Shown here: in pieces, positions 18,564 through 27,021 of the stretch
How the letters are laid out: every line of letters begins with the position of its first letter
How positions within the stretch are numbered: position 1 is the first letter of the stretch
Source: an uncultured bacterium
Lineage (GTDB): Bacteria > Krumholzibacteriota > Krumholzibacteriia > LZORAL124-64-63
Direction: 5' to 3'
DNA length: 64,000 nucleotides
NCBI GenBank assembly: GCA_963772145.1
Contig: CAVYVY010000007.1
Location: forward strand, 26,942 to 90,941
Position numbers and translations under genes: made by a program
The notes under the pieces: model-generated
What the model saw: the letters and a program-made list of their open reading frames with translations, nothing else
Told to the model about the DNA's origin: nothing
Databases searched by the model: none

Positions 18564-20612
18564 ATGAGCGAGAAGCCGTTCCAGCCTGTCGTTTCGGCCG
18601 ACTCGACGATGCGCGAATTCACCATCCGCGCGCTCGTGCTCGGCCTGATCATGAGCGTGATCCTGGGGGCGGCGAACGCCTACCTCGGGCTGCGGGCCGG
18701 CATGACGATTGCCGCCACTTATCCGGCGGCTGTGATCGGCATGGCGGTGTTGCGGCTGATGAAGGGGTCGCTGCTGGAGGAGAACTTCGCCCGAACCGTC
18801 GGCTCGATCGGCGAGTCGGTGGCGGCGGGGGCGACGTTCACCATTCCGGCGTTCGTCATCCTGCGGATCTGGAACTTCAATTCGGAGTCGATGCTCAAGG
18901 AGTACCTGACCGCGTCCGCGCTGATGATCCTGGGCGGCATCCTCGGCATCATGTTCGTGACGGTGCTGCGGCGCGTCATGGTGGAGGACCCGGGGCTGCC
19001 GTTCCCCGAGTCGGTGGCGGCTTCCGAGATCCATCTGGCGGGGCAGCGCGGCACCGAGGCGGCGGCGCAGCTGTTCCGCGCGATGGGGATCGGCGCGTTC
19101 ATCAAGCTGCTGGGCGACGCCGGCATCTTCGCCGCCGCGAACCAGTTCTCCCTCGCGGTCGGCAAGGTGCGCGAGAGCTTCGTGCGGCTCGGGCTTGACG
19201 CCTCGGCGCGCAAGATCGACGCCGGCGGCGTGACGAGCATCTCCGCTCCCGATGTCACGCCGGCCTACCTCGGCGTCGGCTACATCATCGGGCCGGAGCT
19301 GGGCGCGCTCAACTTCGCGGGCGGGCTGCTCGCCTGGGGGCTGTTCGTGCCGCTGCTGATCTTCTTCCTCGGGCCGCAACTGGCGCCGCAGTACGTCGGA
19401 GGCGACGGCGGCACCGACTGGGGTTCGATGGTGGGGCACCTCTACCGCTTCATCGTGCGCCCGATCGCGGTGGGCGGCATGCTGGTCGGCGCCACCTACA
19501 CGCTCTACAAGATGCGCAAGAACCTGGCGCTGGGGATCCAGCGCGGCGTGAGCGACGTCCGCAAGTCGGCCACCGCGGCCGCGGCCACCCGCCGCACCGA
19601 CAAGGACATCCAGTTCAAGTTCGTGCTGGTCGGCATAGCGGCGGTCTTCCTGCTGATGGTCGCCCTCTACTTCTACTTCACGAAGATGCTCGGCGGCGCG
19701 ATCCTGGCCGCCATCGTCATGCTGATCACCGGCTTCTTCTTCGCCGCCGTGTCGGGCAACCTGGTCGGCATGATCGGCTCCTCGAACAACCCGATCTCCG
19801 GTCTCACCCTCGCCACCACCATCGTGGCCGCCCTGACGATGGTGATCATCGGCGTCAAGGGCACCGCCGGCGTGGCCGCGGTGCTCGGCGTGGCCGCGGT
19901 GGTCTGCGTTTCGTCGGCCGTGGCGGGCGAGATGCTGCAGGACCTGAAGGTCGGACACATCCTCGGCGGTACGCCGTGGAAGATGCAGGTGGGCGACATT
20001 CTGGGCGTCGTCGTGGCGGGCCTGCTGATGTTCTTCCCGCTCTACCTGCTGCACACCTCCGACCTGGCCAGCAATCCGACCAGCGGCGGCTTCGGCGGCC
20101 CGGTCCTGGCGGCGCCGCAGGCCGGCCTGATGGCGGCGCTGTCGCAGGGGATCGTCGGCGGCGAGATGGCCTGGCCGCTCGTCGTCGTCGGCATCGCGAT
20201 GGGCCTCTCGCTGATCCTGATCAAGGTCCGCAGCCCGATGCTTTTCTCCGTCGGCATGTACCTGCCGCTCGGCACGACCTTCGCCATCTTCGTCGGCGGC
20301 GTCATCAAGGGGATGGTGGACAAGGCGGGCGAGAAGAAGGGGCACAACCCGGCGCAGAAGGCGCGCGTGGACAACGCCGGCGTGCTGGCGGCCTCCGGCC
20401 TGATCGCCGGCGAGGCGCTGATGGGTCTCGTCATCGCGGCCGTCGTGGCGATCCGTCCCGACAAGACCTTCCCGCAGGTGAAGGCGATGGCCGCGGCCGC
20501 ACCGTGGCTGGCGCTGCCGGTGCTGGCTTTCCTGGGCTGGTACCTGATCAACATGCCGCTGCGCAAGGCGGGCAGCCCGGACGAGCCGGCGCCGCCGACC
20601 GCGGTGATGTAG
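18564..20612 (+). CDS. OPT family oligopeptide transporter, intact
   Basis: ATG 18564 after GAAGGAGA. REFTIRALVLGLIMSVILGAANAYLGLRAGMTIAATYPAAVI and many TM segments through ORF 18303..20612. Confidence 0.85.
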   Translation: MSEKPFQPVVSADSTMREFTIRALVLGLIMSVILGAANAYLGLRAGMTIAATYPAAVIGMAVLRLMKGSLLEENFARTVGSIGESVAAGATFTIPAFVILRIWNFNSESMLKEYLTASALMILGGILGIMFVTVLRRVMVEDPGLPFPESVAASEIHLAGQRGTEAAAQLFRAMGIGAFIKLLGDAGIFAAANQFSLAVGKVRESFVRLGLDASARKIDAGGVTSISAPDVTPAYLGVGYIIGPELGALNFAGGLLAWGLFVPLLIFFLGPQLAPQYVGGDGGTDWGSMVGHLYRFIVRPIAVGGMLVGATYTLYKMRKNLALGIQRGVSDVRKSATAAAATRRTDKDIQFKFVLVGIAAVFLLMVALYFYFTKMLGGAILAAIVMLITGFFFAAVSGNLVGMIGSSNNPISGLTLATTIVAALTMVIIGVKGTAGVAAVLGVAAVVCVSSAVAGEMLQDLKVGHILGGTPWKMQVGDILGVVVAGLLMFFPLYLLHTSDLASNPTSGGFGGPVLAAPQAGLMAALSQGIVGGEMAWPLVVVGIAMGLSLILIKVRSPMLFSVGMYLPLGTTFAIFVGGVIKGMVDKAGEKKGHNPAQKARVDNAGVLAASGLIAGEALMGLVIAAVVAIRPDKTFPQVKAMAAAAPWLALPVLAFLGWYLINMPLRKAGSPDEPAPPTAVM

Positions 20613-20781
20613 TCGCCGACGCACGCGCGACGGCGCCTTCGATGAAGGCGGGGACGGGCGGCCTGAGGGTCGCCCGTTCCTTTGGCCGCTCCGGGCGGGC
20701 TCGCCGGGCGATATCCATGCCGGGCAACCGCGGTGGCGGGCGGGATTACCTGGCGACACCCATCTCGGGCTCCGTATTCGC

Positions 20782-20862
20782 AGAGACTGCTACGGGTGCA
20801 AAAAGTGCGCAGCCCCTCGTGCCCGCTCTGTCTGCGCACTTTTTGCAGCCGTAGCAGTCTCT
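20782..20862. repeat. Long near-perfect inverted repeat (31-bp arms, 19-nt spacer)
   Basis: Arm 20782-20812 is agagactgctacgggtgcaaaaagtgcgcag. Arm 20832-20862 is its reverse complement with 1 mismatch. The inner GTGCGCAG/CTGCGCAC stem is flanked by A5 and T5, which is bidirectional-terminator-like. Confidence 0.85.
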
Positions 20863-21062
20863 ATAAGTACGCGTTTCCAGCCCCCCCTCTCAGCCCCCCC
20901 CCACCCAGTCTCCGGAGCGTCCCCGGCGGCAGCCCGGTTGCACCAGCCGCCGCCGTGGCCCGGCCGCACCCCACGCTATCGCCAAAAAGAGGCTTGATTT
21001 AGTCTAATTTTGTGCCGATCATGTAATGGCGAAAGAAAAGTCCGCAATTCCAAGGGGGTCGG

Positions 21063-21761
21063 ATGCTCCGCAAGATCATCGAGATAGACGAAACCCTGTG
21101 CGACGGCTGCGGCGACTGCGCCATCGGCTGCGCCGAGGGGGCCATCCGGATCATCGACGGCAAGGCGAAGCTGGTGAAGGCCGACTTCTGCGACGGCTTC
21201 GGCGACTGCATCGGAACCTGCCACACCGGGGCGCTGACGATCGTCACGCGTGAGGCGCCCGGCTTCGACGAGCACGCCACGGTCGAGAACCTGCGCGCAA
21301 CCGGCGGCGAGGAGGCGGTTCGCCGCTACGGGGAGGCGCAGACGCGCCACGCCGGAGGCGGTCCCGTCATCATCCCGTCCGAGCTGCAGCAATGGCCGGT
21401 GCAACTGCACCTCGTGCGGCCCGGCGCGCCGTTCTTCAAGGACCGCGAACTGGTCGTCATGAGCACCTGCGGACCGCTCGCCTCCGCCGAGGTGCACCAG
21501 CGCTATCTGCGCGGGCGCGGCGTGGTCGTGGCCTGTCCGAAGCTGGACAACACGGCGCCGTACGCGGAGAAGCTGGCCGGGATCTTTGCCGAGCCGGGCA
21601 TTCCGAAGGTGATCGTCGTCATCATGGAGGTGCCATGCTGCGGCGGGCTGTCGCAGCTCGCGCGGCAGGCGCTGGCCGGGTCGGGCCGCCACGACCTGGT
21701 CGTCGAGGAGCACACGCTCGCGCTGACCGGCGAGTGGAAACAGGTTCGCGTCCTCAGCTGA
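21063..21761 (+). CDS. 4Fe-4S dicluster domain protein
   Basis: ORF 21063..21761; CDGCGDCAIGCAEGA and CDGFGDCIGTCHTGA ferredoxin-type motifs; C-terminal domain with VACPKLD and EVPCCGG. Confidence 0.75.
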   Translation: MLRKIIEIDETLCDGCGDCAIGCAEGAIRIIDGKAKLVKADFCDGFGDCIGTCHTGALTIVTREAPGFDEHATVENLRATGGEEAVRRYGEAQTRHAGGGPVIIPSELQQWPVQLHLVRPGAPFFKDRELVVMSTCGPLASAEVHQRYLRGRGVVVACPKLDNTAPYAEKLAGIFAEPGIPKVIVVIMEVPCCGGLSQLARQALAGSGRHDLVVEEHTLALTGEWKQVRVLS

Positions 21762-21808
21762 GAACTGGCGTCTTGCGCCCGGTTCCCGCGCGGGACTAGA
21801 TTGCCGTC

Positions 21809-22618
21809 GTGGAACACTTCTTCTGGCTTGTCCCCGTGGGCTTCGTCGTCGGGACCTTCGGCACCCTCGTGGGGGCCGGCGGGGGCTTTCTGCTGACCCC
21901 CATCCTGCTGCTCGTCTACCCGCACGAAAGCCCGGAGGTGATCACGAGCATCTCGCTGGCGGTCGTGTTCGCGAACGCGCTGTCGGGCTCGATCGCCTAC
22001 CGACGGATGCGGCGCATCGACATCCGGTCCGGCCTGGTGCTGTCGCTGGCGACAGTGCCGGGCGCGGTGCTCGGCGCGCTTTTCACCTACGCCCTGCCGC
22101 GCCGGCTGTTCGACGGATTGTTCGGCGGCTTTCTGCTGCTCTCCGCGATCTACCTGCTGCTGCGACCGCGGCCGGTCGAGGCGGTCGTGCCGCGCGTCGG
22201 CCGGGTGCACCGCACGCTCACCGACGCCTCGGGCGCCACCTACAGCTGGAGCTACAACCGCGGCATCGGCCTGGCGATCAGCCTGGGCGTCGGCTTCGTA
22301 TCGAGCACGCTCGGCATCGGCGGGGGCGTGGTGCATGTGCCGGCGCTGGTCGGCCTGCTCGGCTTCCCGGTGCATATCGCGACCGCGACCTCGCACTTCA
22401 TGCTGGCCATCATGGCCGGCACCGGCACGATCGCGCATGTGGCGGCGGGAGCGTTCCACCATGGCCTGCGGCGCACGCTCGCGCTTTCGATCGGCGTGCT
22501 GATCGGCGCGCAGCTGGGGGCCCGGCTTTCGACGCACGTGCGCGGCGTCTGGCTCATGCGCACGCTGGCCATCGCCCTCGCGACGGTGGGGATCCGTATC
22601 CTGCTGCTGGCGATCTGA
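21809..22618 (+). CDS. TauE/SafE (TSUP) family anion exporter
   Basis: ORF 21809..22618 with a GTG start. GTLVGAGGGFLLTPILL and a second GIGGGVVHVPALV repeat. About 8 TM segments. Confidence 0.8.
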   Translation: MEHFFWLVPVGFVVGTFGTLVGAGGGFLLTPILLLVYPHESPEVITSISLAVVFANALSGSIAYRRMRRIDIRSGLVLSLATVPGAVLGALFTYALPRRLFDGLFGGFLLLSAIYLLLRPRPVEAVVPRVGRVHRTLTDASGATYSWSYNRGIGLAISLGVGFVSSTLGIGGGVVHVPALVGLLGFPVHIATATSHFMLAIMAGTGTIAHVAAGAFHHGLRRTLALSIGVLIGAQLGARLSTHVRGVWLMRTLAIALATVGIRILLLAI

Positions 22619-22746
22619 GCGGCGCGGCGGCGTGCGCGATCATACCGGCGGCAGCCCCATCACCGGGCGCGTCGCGAGTCCGGCCAGCAGCGGCAGCAGG
22701 AAGTCGATTCCGCGACTCTCCAGGATGACGTCGATCCACGCCATGC

Positions 22747-23433
22747 TCACGCCCCCTCCTCCTCGCTGCCCCGCGCCAGAGCCAGCAATTGTGCGTAGCG
22801 ATCGAGCAGCGCGCGCACCGCGGGCGCGCCAGCGCGGCGCAGACGCTGCGCGACGGCCGACTGGGAGATGCCCGCGGCTGCCGCCGCCGCGTCCTGGGTC
22901 TCGCCGCGCAGCAGCGCCTGCATGGACGCGGCCTGCTGCGGAGTCCACTGCGCGATGATCTCGTCCAGCAGGCGACACGCCACCAGCAACTCGGCGTTGA
23001 CGTCCGGCCACGGGGTCGTCACTGCAACGCGGCGCCCGTCCTTCTTCATCGCCTCGAGCAGCAGGCCCGACGCCTGGAACGCCTCGCCGTCACCCTGAAA
23101 ACCGCCCCCCGGCGGATCGGCGTCGAAGTAATCCGCGCCTCCCACCCCCACCGCGATGCGGGCCTCGAGCGGAGGCGCCGCGCGCCTGAGGGCGCACAGC
23201 AGGAACAGGGCCGCCGCAAGCCCCCCCGCGGCGGCCGGCTCGATGACCAGCTGGAACTCATCGCCCCGGTGGATCTGGCGCCCCACCACCCGCGCCGGCC
23301 ATTTCAGATCCGCGTATGGCGCGGGGTCGAGCGCCTGGCTGAAGATCTGAGGCAGCATCGCCGTGCGCGCGCCAGGCCGACGCGAGCCAATGAGATCGCC
23401 GGTCAGAACTTCGAACTGTCCCGCTGTGGTCAT
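22747..23433 (-). CDS. SatD-like protein with C-terminal sigma-70 region-4-type HTH
   Basis: ORF 22747..23454, with the start more likely at ATG 23433. N-terminus FEVLTGDLIGSRR resembles SatD. C-terminus LLRGETQDAAAAAAGISQSAVAQRLRRA is an HTH. Confidence 0.45.
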   Translation of the reverse strand: MTTAGQFEVLTGDLIGSRRPGARTAMLPQIFSQALDPAPYADLKWPARVVGRQIHRGDEFQLVIEPAAAGGLAAALFLLCALRRAAPPLEARIAVGVGGADYFDADPPGGGFQGDGEAFQASGLLLEAMKKDGRRVAVTTPWPDVNAELLVACRLLDEIIAQWTPQQAASMQALLRGETQDAAAAAAGISQSAVAQRLRRAGAPAVRALLDRYAQLLALARGSEEEGA

Positions 23434-23465
23434 TCTCCCCCCTGACGCCTCCATCTCGACCGCCC

Positions 23466-23551
23466 AATAGATAACCCCAAGGACTAATATGTCATAAAAT
23501 TAGCCCTGTGAATTATAATGTGTCAATAGAATGTTATGAGCTTATAATTTG
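23466..23551. promoter_or_regulatory. AT-rich island upstream of the SatD-like gene
   Basis: About 85 bp of roughly 70% AT in a GC-rich genome. Contains ATTATAAT (23512-23519), TATAAT (23543-23548), TGTCAA/TTGACA (23521-23526) and a repeated CAATAGA. No properly spaced -35/-10 pair could be defined. Confidence 0.4.
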
Positions 23552-23566
23552 CCGCGCCGAGCGTCC

Positions 23567-24454
23567 CTAGGAAAAAAGGGAGCCCTGCCCCTTCTCCGGG
23601 GCGGCGGGCGGCGCCACTTCGCCCGAAGCCGGCTTCGCCGGGCCGGACCCCGCCGGGGTCGTCGGCCGCACCGGGAACCGGCCGGCGGCCGCCTCCCGCG
23701 CGAGGCGACGCACTTCGGCGCTGAACGGTTTCTCAAGGTCAGGCTTCTGAATGAACCGCAGGTAGCCTGCGTCTTCGGCCGCCACCTGCCGCAGCGTTCG
23801 TCCCTTGTACTTGCCGAACGTGAAAACCGCCTCGCCTTCGGGGCTCCAGACGAGCCGTCCGTCGGGGTCCACGCCGTCGCCGCGCCCCTGCCCACAGAAC
23901 GCGTGCAGACCGTCAACATCGGCCGGCAGATCGTCGTAGCGGGCCACCTGCGCTTCGAGGATGTCGAGCGTGGCCCGCGCGTCGGCCAGCGCCGAATGGG
24001 CGTCGGCGTGCGCGCGGCCGCAGTAGAAGCGGAGCGCGGCGCTCAGATCGCGCGGCTCCTTGAGGTGGAAGATGCGCATCGCGTCGACGTGGCGCAGCGA
24101 CGACCGGTCGAGAGTCTGCCCCACCCGCTCCAGGTCGGCGGCGAGGAACGGCAGGTCGAAAGAAGCCGAGTTGAAGCCGGCCGCGTCGGCGCCGGCGAAA
24201 AGGGCGAGCAGATGCGCGGCGACGTCGGCCAGGCGCGGCATGTCGCGCACGTCGGCGTCGGTGATGCCGTGCACCGCGGTGGCGCCGGGGGGGATCGGCA
24301 TCTCCGGGTTGACCCGCTGCACCCATTCGTCACGGCTGCCGTCGGGGTCGAGACGCACCACGCCGATTTCGACGATCCGGTCGCGACCGATGTCGACGCC
24401 GGTGGTTTCGAGGTCGAACACGACCAGCGGCCGCGTGATCCGCAGGCCGGACAT
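23567..24454 (-). CDS. DnaQ-like 3'-5' exonuclease (DEDDh) with C-terminal extension
   Basis: ORF 23567..24454; VVFDLETTGVD (ExoI), HGITDADV, FNSASFDLPFL (ExoII), HSALADARAT (ExoIII). Confidence 0.8.
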   Translation of the reverse strand: MSGLRITRPLVVFDLETTGVDIGRDRIVEIGVVRLDPDGSRDEWVQRVNPEMPIPPGATAVHGITDADVRDMPRLADVAAHLLALFAGADAAGFNSASFDLPFLAADLERVGQTLDRSSLRHVDAMRIFHLKEPRDLSAALRFYCGRAHADAHSALADARATLDILEAQVARYDDLPADVDGLHAFCGQGRGDGVDPDGRLVWSPEGEAVFTFGKYKGRTLRQVAAEDAGYLRFIQKPDLEKPFSAEVRRLAREAAAGRFPVRPTTPAGSGPAKPASGEVAPPAAPEKGQGSLFS

Positions 24455-24457
24455 CGG

Positions 24458-25532
24458 TCAGACCCCGGCGTGCACGGGCACCTTGAAGACCCACTCCGGA
24501 TGGAGACGCGCTGGTGCCGGTGTGGATCTCGCAAAGGGTCTCGCGCAGGCGCTTCGTGAGCGGGCCCTCCTGACCGTCGCCGATGCGGTGGTCCTGGCGC
24601 CCGAAGTGGATCACGCCGACGGGGGTCACCACCGCGGCCGTGCCGCAGGCGAAGACCTCCTTGAGGCGACCGGCGTCGGCGTCGGCGCAGATCCGCGCGA
24701 TCGCCGGCGGCTCCTCCACCCAGTGCAGGCCGAAGTCGCGCACGAGCATGCCCACCGAGTCGCGGGTGACGCCGTCGAGGATCGTGTCGCCGGTGGCGGC
24801 GGTGATGATGCGGTCGTCGTAGACGAACGCGATGTTCATCGCGCCCATCTCCTCGACGTGCTTCCGCTCGCGCGCGTCGAGCCAGATGATGTTGTCGAAC
24901 CCCTCGGTCTCGGCCAGCTTGATCGGCAGCAGCGCCGCGGCGTAGTTGCCGCCGGTCTTCGCGTAGCCGGTGCCGCCGGGGGCCGACCGCACGTACTTCT
25001 CCTCCGCCTTGAGGCGCAGCGGGTTGATGCCCCCCTTGAAGTACGAACCGACCGGTCCGATGATGATGTAGAAGAGGTAGTCGGTCGACGCCTTCACGCC
25101 GAGCCCGAACTGGGTGGCGATCATCGTCGGCCGGATGTAGAGCGCGTCCGGCGACTCGGGAACCCAGGCGCGGTCGAGGTCGATCAGCTGCTCGAGCGCC
25201 TCCATGAACAGTTTCGGGTCGACCTCCGGCATGCACATGCGCCCGCAGGAGATGGTGAAGCGGCGGATGTTCCGGTCCGGCCGGAACATGTGCACCGACC
25301 CGTCGCGCGGGTTGCGGTACGCCTTCATCCCCTCGAAGATCTCCTGCCCGTAGTGCAGCACCTTGGCCGCCGGATCGAGCATCAGCGGCCCGTACGGCTC
25401 GATCCGCGGGTTCTTCCACTGCCCGTCCGCGTACTCCATCTTGAACATGTGGGGCGTGAAGATCTGCCCGAAGCCGAAATTCCCCGTCGCCGGGGGCGGC
25501 GGGCTGGGGTGCCGCGTGATCGCGATGTTCAT
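24458..25532 (-). CDS. ilvE: Branched-chain amino acid aminotransferase, one frame break near 24500
   Basis: ATG 25532 after GGGAGG in ORF 24330..25610. Motifs: LHYGQEIFEGMKAYR, YIRPTM, GGTGYAKTGGNYAA, GDTILDGVTRDS. The expected ending HPEWVFKVPVHAGV is in another frame and stops at 24458-24460. Confidence 0.85.
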
Positions 25533-25692
25533 GGGGGCCTCCCGGGCCGGGTGGGCGGACATGGGGCCGACCGCGCGCGGCAGGCGGACAGGGGCGACCG
25601 TCCGCCGCACACGAATCGACCCTCAATCGTGGCGAAACCGGGGGAAAAAAGCAAGCGGCGTCGGCGCTCGGGGAGGGCCGCCCGATCCGCCC

Positions 25693-26349
25693 TCAATCCG
25701 CCGCCAGAGCCCGCTCAAGCTTCGATTTCCCTTGCGGTACGGCCGGCACTCCGGCCCGCGCGAGCAGCGCCTCGAGCTCCGTGCGCGCCGCCTCGGGGTC
25801 GTCGTCGATCCCGATCTCGACCTCCACCTCCCAGGCCCGCCGCCCGTCGCCGAACAGGGTACGGTCGACCTCGGCCCGCCAGGCCCCGGTCAGCGGGAAG
25901 GCGCGGCGCAGATTGGTGAACCGGGTCCGCTCAACGAGCGCCCCCCCTGGCGACGGCGGCAGCGGCGACAGCAGCACCCGCCACGGCCCCGGCAGATCGT
26001 CGCCCGCCAGCGCCCCCCGCGCCCAGAAATCCGCCCCCCGTTCCAGTTCCTCCTCCTGTCGATCGTGAAACGCTCCACTTCCCTCGCGCGCCCCCTTCAG
26101 GCCGAGGATCACGCGATCGGGCGCCCGGTCCGGAGCCGCCCCGTCGCCAGGCAGGTCAACGTCTCCGTCCACCCCCCACTCGGCTCGCAGCCGCAACGCC
26201 CAGAGCCGCGCGCGCAACCGTCCGTCCGCCGTGTCGAAGAACCGGTTGACCTGCAGCCGCCCGCCCGGGGCCGGCCCCAGCAGCGCTTCCACGCGCCGGG
26301 TCGCCGCCTCGCCGCCGAGGTCATACTTGAGTTCGCGCTCACGAGCCAT
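25693..26349 (-). CDS. CYTH domain protein
   Basis: ORF 25693..26349. N-terminal RELKYDL (ExExK-type), later WEVEVEIG, C-terminal KSKLERAL. Confidence 0.65.
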   Translation of the reverse strand: MARERELKYDLGGEAATRRVEALLGPAPGGRLQVNRFFDTADGRLRARLWALRLRAEWGVDGDVDLPGDGAAPDRAPDRVILGLKGAREGSGAFHDRQEEELERGADFWARGALAGDDLPGPWRVLLSPLPPSPGGALVERTRFTNLRRAFPLTGAWRAEVDRTLFGDGRRAWEVEVEIGIDDDPEAARTELEALLARAGVPAVPQGKSKLERALAAD

Positions 26350-26485
26350 GGCGGCAGCTTAACCCGGATGACCACCGGAGGCGAAGGGATCTCGCCGTGA
26401 GGGAAGGCGCCGACGCGCGGACGCCGCGCCCACCAGGGGCGCGGCGTTCACGCGTCTCTTCGCCAGGCGGGCCGGGGGCCGCGCC

Positions 26486-26964
26486 CTACTTGGGAATGTT
26501 CGGATCCGCTTCGCCGACCGTCGGGTCGGTTTCGCTCCAGCGCACGAGGGCTTTGGAAGCGTCGTTGGGGGGCGTTTCCTCGCCGGGATCCTGAAGGATC
26601 AGGCCGCTGTAGGCCAGGAAGTGGCCGGAGCGGGGGTAACCCATCAGGACCGCGCGGTCGCCGGAGCTCGGGGCCACCGCTGCCGTCGGGGCGGGTCTGG
26701 TTGAGAAACGAGCAGTCGCGCTCGAAACGGACCGTCCGGCCGTCGAGGCTCCAGGCGCCGTCGGACCCGCGCGACGAGGACCCCCTGGATCATCGTCATC
26801 GGCGTCGTGCTGATGCGGCCGCGGGCGGTCACGCCGCGGCGGTCAGGCTTCGCGCGGCGCAGGTCCGTCGTGAAACCGGTCACGGAAATCGCCGCCATGG
26901 CCAGCAGCGCCAGCAGCAGCAGGGCGGCCGGTTCGCGGCGGAGTGTCGGTCTGAAGTTCAGCAT
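26486..26964 (-). CDS. Small secreted protein conserved downstream of PilY1-like genes (copy 2), two frame breaks
   Basis: ORF 26644..26964 gives the signal peptide LLLLALLAMAAISV. A middle piece SRGSDGAWSLDGRTVRFERD is in a third frame. ORF 26486..26677 gives the tail SGDRAVLMGY..ALVRWSETDPTVG. Collinear with 14742..15233. Confidence 0.5.
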
Positions 26965-27021
26965 GGTTCCTCCCTGCGGCAGCCGGGGCTGGGCGCCGGG
27001 CGCCCCGCCTCCCGGTCGTCG

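Noticed and set aside
22640-22744. A 34-codon ORF (MAWIDVILESRGIDFLLPLLAGLATRPVMGLPPV) just after the SatD-like gene, as a possible DUF3307/SatC remnant.
   Set aside because: It is too short and too weakly similar to support as a gene. It is mentioned only as context for the SatD finding.
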